Source of the DNA: an uncultured Chloroflexia bacterium | Lineage (GTDB): Bacteria; Chloroflexota; Limnocylindria; Limnocylindrales; CSP1-4 | NCBI GenBank assembly: GCA_963813535.1 | Contig: CAWEZH010000002.1 | Span: 1,536,001-1,600,000, forward strand | DNA: 64,000 bases | Direction: 5' to 3' | Made by a program: the position numbers and the translations under genes | Shown here: positions 1 through 8,200 of the stretch, in pieces | Layout: each line of letters begins with the position of its first letter | Numbering within the stretch: the first letter of the stretch is position 1 | Notes under the pieces: generated by a model | Seen by the model: the letters and a program-made list of their open reading frames with translations, nothing else | What the model was told of the DNA's origin: nothing | The model's database searches: none

Positions 1-1226
1 ACGCCCTGCAGGTAATGCCCGGGCACGGCCTCGTGGATGGTCAGGAGCCGAAGCATCCGGTCGTTGTCCTCGCGCAGGTAGGACTCACGCTGTTCGGGCG
101 TCCAATCGTCCGGTACCGGGGTGATCGCGAAGAAGCTCGTCAGACCCTTGTCGAGCGGCCCCGGCGCGATCAGCATCGCCCCGCCGTAGGCGCGCAGGAA
201 GACCGGCGTCCAGCGGATGTCGAGGGGTTCGTCGACGATCCCGATGAGGTCGCGCTCGGTGCAGAACGCCTCGATCCGGGCGTTCTCCTCGCGACAGAAC
301 GCGATCAGGTCGGCGGCATCCTGGTGGCGGTCGGCGATGGCGTCGAGTACACCACGGACCAGCGCGCCGGGTTCGTCCGGTCGCGGGTCAGTGGGCTTCC
401 AGGCCGACCACAGGTCGGTCGCGAGGCCGACCATCTCGGCCCGGATCGCATCGAACTCCCGGTCTGCCGCCTCGAGGATCCGCTCCGGCGTGAGCGACTC
501 GGAGCGCATGGTGTGGCGCATCTTCCGTGCGAAGAGCTCACGGCCGAGCCGGCCGTCGCCCTCACTGGCGGGCTGGACGACGTCGGTCAAGTGCCGCTCG
601 AAATCCGCGAGGGCCGTCCTGGCCGACGCAGCCGCCGCGTCCAACCGCGGTCGCATCGCCGCGACGTCGGCGTCGTCCGCCGCGGCTTCGGCAGTGGCGA
701 GCGCCTCGTCGATGAGGTCGACCACCCCGGGCAGCTGTTCCAACGCGGTCTCCGTCTGGAATCGGCCGACCGGCCGACCGGGCCCGGCGCCGACGAGGGT
801 CTCGCGCGCCGCACCCGTGATCGCCCCGATCGCCTCGAGTCGGGCCGCGACGCTCGTGAGCCGTTCGGCCAGCGGCGCGAACTCACGGGCCAGGAGCGTG
901 AACAGGCCGTCACCCAGGAGGTAGACCCATGTCAACGGGTCCCAGGCATCATCCCGCAGCTCGGTCTCGGCGAACCGCATCGCGTCGAGCTCTTCCAGCA
1001 CGAGATCGCGGTCGACCGACTCATCGACCGACAGGCTGGTCGGGTCGAGGCCGCTGAACGTCGCTTGCCATGCGTCGATGAACACGAGCCGCTGTCGGCG
1101 ACCCTCCGCCGACAGGTCCGGCCAGCGCCCGTCGTTCCGGTGGTCGCCGATGGCCGTTGCCGCGACCGGCTCGAGCTCGACGAACGCCTCGAGGAAAGCG
1201 GAAAAGGCATCTGAGAAGGCGGACAT
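1..1226 (-). CDS. DUF885-family protein (3' end runs off the window)
   Basis: Not in the ORF track because there is no stop in the window. Manual translation from ATG 1226 gives MSAFSDAFSAFLEAFVELEPVAATAIGDHRNDGRWPDLS..., resembling the DUF885 N-terminus (P..AT..G.H..D..L.D.S). A TAGACT -10 lies 6 nt upstream. The + ORF 15..1214 is its shadow. Confidence 0.8.
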   Translation of the reverse strand, partial: MSAFSDAFSAFLEAFVELEPVAATAIGDHRNDGRWPDLSAEGRRQRLVFIDAWQATFSGLDPTSLSVDESVDRDLVLEELDAMRFAETELRDDAWDPLTWVYLLGDGLFTLLAREFAPLAERLTSVAARLEAIGAITGAARETLVGAGPGRPVGRFQTETALEQLPGVVDLIDEALATAEAAADDADVAAMRPRLDAAAASARTALADFERHLTDVVQPASEGDGRLGRELFARKMRHTMRSESLTPERILEAADREFDAIRAEMVGLATDLWSAWKPTDPRPDEPGALVRGVLDAIADRHQDAADLIAFCREENARIEAFCTERDLIGIVDEPLDIRWTPVFLRAYGGAMLIAPGPLDKGLTSFFAITPVPDDWTPEQRESYLREDNDRMLRLLTIHEAVPGHYLQG

Positions 1227-1283
1227 CAGGGAAGTCTAGGGTCTACCGGGCCGCGTGCGGGCGCGTCCCGCTACCATCCGCGC

Positions 1284-1877
1284 ATGGGCCAGACCTGGGT
1301 GACACCGGTCGTCCTGACCGGTCGGCGGATCCGCATGGAGCCGCTCGAGGAGCGCCACCTCGAGGATCTCGCCCGGGTCGCGTCCGATCCGGTGGTCTTC
1401 CGATGGATCACGAACAGACCGATGGACGACGCGGCCCTTCGGGCCTGGTTCGAGCAGACACGCGCGAACGCCGACGATTCGGTCGAGGTGCCGTTCGCGA
1501 CGATCGACATCGCCTCGGACCGGGCGATCGGCAGTAGCCGCTACATGACGATCGCGCCGGAGCATCGTCGGCTCGAGATCGGGTGGACATGGCTGGGCAC
1601 CGCGTTCCAGCGGACCGGCGCGAACCGGGAGGCCAAGCTCCTCCAGCTGACCCATGCCTTCGAGGGCCTCGGCGCCGAGCGCGTCGAGTTCAAGACCCAC
1701 GCCCGGAACGTCGCCTCGCGAACGGCGCTGCTCGGGATCGGCGCCACCTTCGAGGGGGTGCTGCGCCACCACACGATCATGCTCGACGGGTCGAACCGGG
1801 ACTCGGCCTTCTACGGCGTGCTCGCCCCGGAATGGCCACGGGTCAAGACCCGTCTCGAGAGCCTGGTGGACCGATGA
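1284..1877 (+). CDS. GNAT N-acetyltransferase (RimJ/RimL family)
   Basis: LEIGWTW, QRTGAN.EAKLL.L.HAFE, RVEFKT, EGVLR motifs; TACCAT -10 lies 6 nt upstream. Confidence 0.9.
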   Translation: MGQTWVTPVVLTGRRIRMEPLEERHLEDLARVASDPVVFRWITNRPMDDAALRAWFEQTRANADDSVEVPFATIDIASDRAIGSSRYMTIAPEHRRLEIGWTWLGTAFQRTGANREAKLLQLTHAFEGLGAERVEFKTHARNVASRTALLGIGATFEGVLRHHTIMLDGSNRDSAFYGVLAPEWPRVKTRLESLVDR

Positions 1878-2920
1878 CCTCGGTCGATCCTGTCGCCGAG
1901 AGCACGACGGTCGCAAGCCAGCGCCCGATCAGGACCGTCGACTTCCACACCGCCGGCGAGCCGTTCCGGATCGTGACGGGCGGCGTCCCGGAACTCGAGG
2001 GGCGGAGCGTGATCGAGCGACGTCGATGGGCGCGGGACCACCTCGACGAGGTCCGTCGCCTGCTGGTCAACGAGCCGCGCGGGCACGCCGACATGTACGG
2101 CGCCTTCGTCACGCCGCCCGACGACGACTGGGCGGACATCGGCGTCGTGTTCTTCCACAACGAGGGCTACTCGACGGCGTGCGGCCACGGAACGATCGCA
2201 TTGGTCACGTGGGCCCTGGAATCCGGTCGCGTCGCGGCGGCGCCCGATGCCCGAACCGCCTCGGTCACGGTGGACGTACCGAGCGGCCGGCTGGTGTGCG
2301 AGGCCCGCCTCGACGAGGTCGGCGCCGTCGAGGCCGTGCGCTTCCGGAACGTGCCGTCGTTCGTACTCGCCCGGGACGTGACCGTCCGGGTGGCGCGTGG
2401 CCCCGTCACCCTCGACGTCGCGTTCGGCGGCGCCTTCTACGCCTCCATAGAGGCCGCCACATTGGGTCTCGGCCTCGTCCCCGCCGACCTGCCCCAGCTC
2501 ATCGCGCTCGAGCGCGAGCTCCGGCCAGCACTCGAACGTTCCCTGGATGTCGTGCATCCAGCAGAGGCCGACCTCGCCGGCATTTACGGGGTGATCTTCT
2601 GGGAGAGACTGGGCGCCGGGGAGCAGCGCAACGTGACGGTGTTCGCCGACGGTGAGGTCGATCGCTCACCGTGCGGTTCCGGTACGTCGGCGCGGCTGGC
2701 GGTCCTCCACGCGCGCGGCGAGCTGTCGATCGGCGAGCCGTTCCGCCATCGATCGATCGTGGATTCGGTGTTCGAAGCGTGGGTCGTCGACGAAGGACCG
2801 TCGATCGGCGGCCGCCCGTCGGTCATCACGGAGGTCGAAGGCTCCGCGTATCGGACCGGCGAATCGGTCTTCTCGCTCGACCCGCGTGACCCACTGGGCA
2901 CGGGGTTCCTGCTTCGCTGA
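1874..2920 (+). CDS. Proline racemase/hydroxyproline epimerase family protein
   Basis: DFHTAGEP, EPRGHADMYG, ACGHG and DRSPCGSGT (both catalytic Cys); ATGA overlap with the upstream GNAT stop. Confidence 0.9.
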   Translation: MTSVDPVAESTTVASQRPIRTVDFHTAGEPFRIVTGGVPELEGRSVIERRRWARDHLDEVRRLLVNEPRGHADMYGAFVTPPDDDWADIGVVFFHNEGYSTACGHGTIALVTWALESGRVAAAPDARTASVTVDVPSGRLVCEARLDEVGAVEAVRFRNVPSFVLARDVTVRVARGPVTLDVAFGGAFYASIEAATLGLGLVPADLPQLIALERELRPALERSLDVVHPAEADLAGIYGVIFWERLGAGEQRNVTVFADGEVDRSPCGSGTSARLAVLHARGELSIGEPFRHRSIVDSVFEAWVVDEGPSIGGRPSVITEVEGSAYRTGESVFSLDPRDPLGTGFLLR

Positions 2921-2965
2921 GCGGCTATCCTCGGGCTCACCACGCAACCTTGAGGGAGGGCCTGC

Positions 2966-3355
2966 ATGCGGGGATTCGTCGTCAGCACCGTCGTCACCGC
3001 GATCGCGTTCTACATCCTGGTCCAGCTCTTCCCGTCGATGTTCGGCTACGACGGTGGCCTGCTCGGCCTTGGCGTCGTCGCAGCGATCTTCGGGGTGGTC
3101 AACGGCCTGATCGGGCCGATCGTGAAGACCGCGGCGATCCCGGTGTCGTTCATGACGATGGGGCTGGTCGGGTTCGTGATCAACGGCGGGCTATTGCTGC
3201 TCACGGCGTTCATCTCGGACTACTTCGGGTTCGGACTGCAGGTCGGCGACTTCCCGCCGACGCTCTTCACGGCCGATACGATCGTCGCGGCGATCGTCGG
3301 AGCGGTCGTGCTCAGCCTCGCCTCGACCGTGATCCGGTTCGCGATCCCTGACTGA
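2966..3355 (+). CDS. 4-TM membrane protein, YvlD/'phage holin family' (superfamily IV)
   Basis: Four hydrophobic segments, G.VN..I.P.V...A.P...T.GL...VING motif; GGAGG SD. Confidence 0.8.
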   Translation: MRGFVVSTVVTAIAFYILVQLFPSMFGYDGGLLGLGVVAAIFGVVNGLIGPIVKTAAIPVSFMTMGLVGFVINGGLLLLTAFISDYFGFGLQVGDFPPTLFTADTIVAAIVGAVVLSLASTVIRFAIPD

Positions 3356-4604
3356 GCTCGCTAGCCAACTCCGGCACGCCGCCGCGCGGTACGGGACGCC
3401 CGCCTTCGTCACCGACCTCGCGACGCTCGACGCTGCGTGTGCGGAGGTCGCCGATGCGTTTCCCGACCCGATCATCCGGCAGTACTCGGTCAAGGCGAAT
3501 GATGTCCCGGCGGTGATCTCCGCTGTCGCGACGAACGGCTTCGGCGCCAACGTCGTGTCACGCGGAGAGTGGGCGCTCGCCTCCCGCGCCGGCGTCCCGA
3601 ACGAGCGCACGACGCTCGAGGGCGTCGGCAAGACCACGGCCGACCTGCGGGCCGCGGCCCGGGCAGCCGCCGATGGTCGGCCACTGCGCTGGATCGCGAT
3701 CGAATCGCCCGAGGAGGCGGACGCGCTCGCCGAGGAAGCCGCCAAGGCCGACGTGCGCATGGACGTCCTGTACCGGCTGAACCCGGACGTCGCCCCAGAG
3801 ACGCTCACCGGGCTGGCGGTCGGGGCCGGTGGCACGAAGTTCGGGATGACCGAGACCGAGATCGCGTCGGCCATCACGGCCGGTGGCGGCCCGGACGGCC
3901 GGTTGCGGCCGCGAGGGATCCATCTGCACGTCGGCTCGCAGCTCGGGGCGGTCGATGCCTGGCGTGACGCTGTCCGGAAGGCGCTCGCCCTGGCCGCCCT
4001 GTGGCGTGGTTCGATCGGGAGCTTCGACACGGTCGATCTCGGCGGCGGGTTCCCGGTCGGCCCGGCCGGTGAGCCGTCACCGAGCCCCGGGCGGTTCGCT
4101 CGCGAGCTCCAGCCGCTGCTCGACACGGTCCCGACGGATCGACGCCCGACGCGTCTCGCGATCGAGCCGGGCCGGGCCCTGGTGGCGCGCGCCGGGTGGC
4201 TCGTCGCGCGGGTGCTCCACGTCCGCGACCGGGCGGGCCGACAGGTGGTCCTCGACGCCGGCATGACCGAGCTGATCCGACCGGCGTTGTACGGCGCCCG
4301 CCATCCGATCCATGCACTGACGTCGCAGGGGCGACCAGTCGACGACCTCGGTGAACATCGACGACTCGACCTGTCCCCGGCCCGCGTCGAGGGACCGATC
4401 TGCGAATCGACCGACTCGCTCGGAACACACGACCTGCCGCCGCTGCGGCGTGGTGACCTGGTGGTCATCGCCGACGCTGGCGCCTACGCGGCGTCGCTCG
4501 CCTCGACGTACAACGGCCGCCCTCGTCCGCCCCAGCTCCTGCTCGGATCGGACGGGTCGCTGGTGGTCGGCCGCCGCCGCGGCTCGCTGGCCGGCCTGGG
4601 CTGA
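3348..4604 (+). CDS. lysA: Diaminopimelate decarboxylase (fold-type III PLP decarboxylase)
   Basis: YGTP.FV.D, YSVKAN (PLP Lys), TKFG, HLHVGSQ, DLGGG, EPGR, GPICESTD, GAY..S..STYN. The frame stays open upstream of the track start 3513 to a CTG overlapping the previous stop; start uncertain. Confidence 0.85.
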   Translation: MTELASQLRHAAARYGTPAFVTDLATLDAACAEVADAFPDPIIRQYSVKANDVPAVISAVATNGFGANVVSRGEWALASRAGVPNERTTLEGVGKTTADLRAAARAAADGRPLRWIAIESPEEADALAEEAAKADVRMDVLYRLNPDVAPETLTGLAVGAGGTKFGMTETEIASAITAGGGPDGRLRPRGIHLHVGSQLGAVDAWRDAVRKALALAALWRGSIGSFDTVDLGGGFPVGPAGEPSPSPGRFARELQPLLDTVPTDRRPTRLAIEPGRALVARAGWLVARVLHVRDRAGRQVVLDAGMTELIRPALYGARHPIHALTSQGRPVDDLGEHRRLDLSPARVEGPICESTDSLGTHDLPPLRRGDLVVIADAGAYAASLASTYNGRPRPPQLLLGSDGSLVVGRRRGSLAGLG

Positions 4605-4625
4605 CACCCGGCTATGCTGCCGCCC

Positions 4626-6836
4626 ATGCGCCCTGTCCACCGTCGCGCGGCCGTCGTGTCGGCCGTGCTGTTCGCGCTCGGTCTCGCCCTGCCGTCCCTC
4701 GTCGCCGCGGCGGGTCCGCCATTCCCCGATCCGGTCGATGGCCAGGCCGTCTATGACACGGCCGAGCTGTTCGAGCCGGCGACGCGCGAGCAGGCCGAGC
4801 TGATCATCGACGCCATCGAGGCGCAGACCAAGGCTGAGGTGGTCGTCTACACGCAGGCGGTCGGGCGCGACGACATCACGACCGAAGAGGCCGAGTCCCA
4901 CGCCCGCGCCCTCATGGACCAGTGGGGCGTCGGTCGGGTCGGCATCGACGACGGGCTGGTCATCCTGTTCGACCTCGACACGACCGGGATCCACGGCGAG
5001 GTGCAGCTGTTCGCCGGTCCGGGCTTCTCACGCCACCTGTCGGACGACGAGCGTCAGGCCATCTACGAGGGCACGATGTTGCCGCTGCTCGCCGAGCAGC
5101 AGTTCGACCAGGCACTCCTGGCGGCCCTGGCGGAGATCGTGAACGGGACCTTCGACGGCGCCCCACCCGAGCCGTCGGGTGGACCGGCCGACACGCCCGG
5201 ACCACCCTTCCCCGATCCCGAGGTCGACCGCGCGGTCTACGACAACGCCGGGATCTTCTCGCCAGAGGCGATCGTCCGCGCGGAGTCGACCATCGACCAG
5301 ATCGAGGCGAGGACGGCCGCCGAAGTCGTCGTCTACACCCAGTCGGTCGACTACGGCGTCACGGAGGACGAGACCGAGGCGCGCGCCATCGCGTTGATCG
5401 ATCAATGGGGCATCGGACGGCGCGGGTTCGACGACGGGATGGTCGTGTTCTTCGATATCGACCCGTCCGGCGAGCACGGTCAGGTCCAGCTGTATGCCGC
5501 GCCAGGTTTCCGGGCGACATACCTCACCAACGAGCAACGGCAGCGCATCTTCGAGGACGACATGGTCCCGTTCCTGGAGAACGCGGACTTCGACGGCGCC
5601 CTCGACATCGCGATGCGACGGATCGACGAAGCCGCGACGCCGGAGCACGCCAGCCTGCTCCAGCTCGGGCGTCAGATCGACGCCGTCCTGGGCCTGCTCG
5701 TGGCACCGCTCGTCTTCCTGGGGCTGTCGGGCTGGGCGTTCTTCTCCTGGCGCCGCTTTGGCAAGGACCCGGTCTACCTGGACGATCCTTCGATCCTCAT
5801 GCCGGCGCCGCCGCCGGACCTCACAGCGGCATCGGGTGCGTTCGTGATGGACGGCCATTCATCGCGCCGGGCCTTGACGACGGCCATGCTCGACCTCGCG
5901 TCGCGCGGCCAGATCTCGTTCCGCGAGGACAAGGGCCTGCTCGGGCTGTCGAACAAGGTCGGCGTCGAGACGGACCCGGCCGCCGGCGATGCCGTGGAGG
6001 AGGCGCAGCGAGCGCGCAACGCCCGCCGGCCGATCGGACCTGCCGAGCAGTACGCCCTCGGCGAATTGCGGTCGATCGGGAAGTCCGAAGGCTTCATCGA
6101 GCCCGACGAGCTGCCGAAGTTCGGAACCTCGGTGTCGGACTTCGACTCGAAGCTCGAGAACCACGTCGTCAAGGGCGGCTGGATGGTCGAGAAGCCGAGC
6201 AAGGTCGTCGCCCGCTGGATGATGAAGGGGACGCTCGCGGTGGTCGTTGGGATCGTCGCGATCGTGATCGGCGCCAACGTCCCGATCTCCGGGTTGGTCG
6301 CCGTCGGCGCAGCCGCGATCGGCGGCGGTGTCGTGATCATGCTGTTCGCCCGGAGCATGCCCCGGGTGACGATGCCCGGCGCGATGGTCCGGGCGATGCT
6401 GGCCGCCTACCGTCGGACGCTGCAGAAGACGATGGAGCAGGCGCGTTCGATGCAGCAGGTGGTCGATCAGGCCGGGCTGGCCTGGCTCGAGACGCCGGAC
6501 CAGGCGGTCGTGTGGGGCACGGCCCTCGGATTGCAAGGGGACATCGAGGGGGTGCTCAAACGCTCGCTCGATGACGTCCGCGACGCACCGCAGCTCGCAT
6601 CGTCGACCTACTTCCCGACCTGGTATCGGACGTCCGACGGATCATCGTTCGCGAGCGGCGTCGCGGGCGGCGGCGGATCGATCTTCTCGGGCTCGGCCAT
6701 GCCCGACCTCGGGGGGATGATGTCGGCGCTGGGCACGATCGGGAACTCGCCCGCGTCGTCGGGCGGCAGCGGCGGAGGCGGCTTCAGCGGCGGCTCATCG
6801 GGCGGCGGCGGAGGCGGCGCCGGCGGCGGCTTCTAG
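4626..6836 (+). CDS. Membrane protein with two tandem TPM domains, a DUF2207-like C-terminal region and a Gly-rich tail
   Basis: Signal peptide; duplicated GPPFPDP...AVYD.A..F...WG.GR...DDG unit; TM helices; GGGFSGGSSGGGGGG tail; TATGCT -10 lies 7 nt before ATG 4626. Confidence 0.85.
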   Translation: MRPVHRRAAVVSAVLFALGLALPSLVAAAGPPFPDPVDGQAVYDTAELFEPATREQAELIIDAIEAQTKAEVVVYTQAVGRDDITTEEAESHARALMDQWGVGRVGIDDGLVILFDLDTTGIHGEVQLFAGPGFSRHLSDDERQAIYEGTMLPLLAEQQFDQALLAALAEIVNGTFDGAPPEPSGGPADTPGPPFPDPEVDRAVYDNAGIFSPEAIVRAESTIDQIEARTAAEVVVYTQSVDYGVTEDETEARAIALIDQWGIGRRGFDDGMVVFFDIDPSGEHGQVQLYAAPGFRATYLTNEQRQRIFEDDMVPFLENADFDGALDIAMRRIDEAATPEHASLLQLGRQIDAVLGLLVAPLVFLGLSGWAFFSWRRFGKDPVYLDDPSILMPAPPPDLTAASGAFVMDGHSSRRALTTAMLDLASRGQISFREDKGLLGLSNKVGVETDPAAGDAVEEAQRARNARRPIGPAEQYALGELRSIGKSEGFIEPDELPKFGTSVSDFDSKLENHVVKGGWMVEKPSKVVARWMMKGTLAVVVGIVAIVIGANVPISGLVAVGAAAIGGGVVIMLFARSMPRVTMPGAMVRAMLAAYRRTLQKTMEQARSMQQVVDQAGLAWLETPDQAVVWGTALGLQGDIEGVLKRSLDDVRDAPQLASSTYFPTWYRTSDGSSFASGVAGGGGSIFSGSAMPDLGGMMSALGTIGNSPASSGGSGGGGFSGGSSGGGGGGAGGGF

Positions 6837-6880
6837 GTTCGCATCCCGGCACGGGCCCCGGCCGGCGGTCGGCAGCCTGC

Positions 6881-7119
6881 TCGGTCATGGGGTGACCGAA
6901 CGGACCGATGAGCCGCGGTCCGATGGCCTCCGCGAGCCGTTCGTTCGCCGGTTCGGTCATGGGGTGACCGAACGGACCGATGAGCCGCGGTCCGATGGCC
7001 TCCGCGAGCCGTTCGTTCGCCGGTTCGGTCATGGGGTGACCGAACGGACCGATGAGCCGCGGTCCGATGGCCTCCGCGAGCCGTTCGTTCGCCGGTTCGG
7101 TCATGGCGTGACCGAACGG
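6881..7119. repeat. 72-bp-period repeat-spacer array: 37-bp repeat GTTCGTTCGCCGGTTCGGTCATGGGGTGACCGAACGG with three identical 35-bp spacers
   Basis: Partial repeat 6881-6903; full repeats at 6939, 7011 and 7083. Each contains the hairpin GTTCGGTCA-N5-TGACCGAAC. Lies between convergent genes. Confidence 0.95.
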
Positions 7120-7126
7120 ATAGCCG

Positions 7127-7795
7127 TCAGAGCCCGAACATCTCCCGGCAGGCCTCGAAGCCATCGATGACCACCTTCGGCCGGGGCCGCGAGCGCCAGG
7201 CCTCGGCCGTCATCCGGAAGCGCTGCGTCTCGCGTGACACGCCGCGCGGGGCCAGCACGCCGCGGCCGTCGTCCTCGTAGCCGAGCGACCGCGACACCGC
7301 GATCGACGCGCTGTTGTCGAAGAAGGCCGACGACGTCGCCGCGCGCGCCTCCAATGCGTCGAACGCGAAGGACAGGACGGCGGAGCGCATCTCCTTGCCG
7401 AAACCCTGGCCCTGGTGGGCCAGTCCGAGCCACGAACCGGTGTCGACGACGCGATGGACCGCGAAGTCCTCACCTGAGATCGTCTGCGCGCCGATCGGGC
7501 GGCCGTCCCGCTCGACCATGAGGTTGAGCCACCACTCATCGCGCCGCCAGATGCCGCGCCACCGCCAGTGGTGCTGGACGTAGCCGCGGTCGAAGTCCGC
7601 GCCCTTCGCATCGGTCCAGGCGACACCGAACGGCATCTCGTCGGGTGGGTGGATGCCGCCCTTCGCGAGCTCGAGCATCGCGGTCAGGTCGTCGTCGGTC
7701 GGCAGGCGTAGAACGAGGTTCTCTGAGCGGATCCGTAGCCCGAAGAGCGGCCACGCGGCCTCGAGCGGAGTCGCTGGCGGTCCGGCGGCGGCCAT
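7127..7795 (-). CDS. GNAT acyltransferase (RimJ/RimL, Rv0802c-like)
   Basis: WPLFGLRI, GIHPPDEMPF, TGSWLG..HQGQGFGKEMR.AVL.FAFD, N.AS..VSR.LGY. Confidence 0.88.
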   Translation of the reverse strand: MAAAGPPATPLEAAWPLFGLRIRSENLVLRLPTDDDLTAMLELAKGGIHPPDEMPFGVAWTDAKGADFDRGYVQHHWRWRGIWRRDEWWLNLMVERDGRPIGAQTISGEDFAVHRVVDTGSWLGLAHQGQGFGKEMRSAVLSFAFDALEARAATSSAFFDNSASIAVSRSLGYEDDGRGVLAPRGVSRETQRFRMTAEAWRSRPRPKVVIDGFEACREMFGL

Positions 7796-7820
7796 GGGCG
7801 GCCGACGCTACACTCCGGCC

Positions 7821-8150
7821 ATGGGTGCTGTCGAGACGATGGAAGATTTCTTCGAGAAGCTGAACGCGGGCGACCGTGAAGGCGCGGTGGCGCTGATGGA
7901 CGAGAAGACCGAGATGCGCGTTCACGTCGGCGACAACGTCCAGACGCTCCGCGGCGTCGAGCGTGTCGGTGGCTGGTTCCTGCGCAGCGACACCGGCCTG
8001 CGCATGATCCCTGGCGATATCCGGGATACGGGCAACACCTACGAAGCAGACCTGCTCGTCGTGCGTCCGGGCGCCCCGACCCAACACATCGACGCGACGT
8101 TCCGGGTCGAGGCTGGACGGATCACCGCGATCAACATCGCGCCCCGCTAG
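7821..8150 (+). CDS. Small NTF2/SnoaL-like protein
   Basis: F..LNAGD......L...., terminal F.V..G.IT.I pattern; TACACT -10 lies 6 nt upstream. Confidence 0.65.
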   Translation: MGAVETMEDFFEKLNAGDREGAVALMDEKTEMRVHVGDNVQTLRGVERVGGWFLRSDTGLRMIPGDIRDTGNTYEADLLVVRPGAPTQHIDATFRVEAGRITAINIAPR

Positions 8151-8200
8151 GCGCGCCCGACGACGCAGCCGCGGGGACGCCGCGTACCGCGCGCAAACGC

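Noticed and set aside
15-1214. 399-aa + strand ORF
   Set aside because: Antisense shadow of the DUF885 gene on the minus strand
2966-3355. Prophage inferred from the 'holin' annotation
   Set aside because: YvlD-type membrane proteins are common chromosomal genes, and no phage genes are nearby
6881-7119. Canonical CRISPR array call
   Set aside because: Spacers are identical in array A, repeats are degenerate in array B, and there is no AT-rich leader or cas gene in the window. Reported as a repeat family instead.
6784-7170. ORFs 6784..7164(-) and 6892..7170(+) as genes
   Set aside because: They arise from translating a 72-bp repeat and have no SD or promoter support
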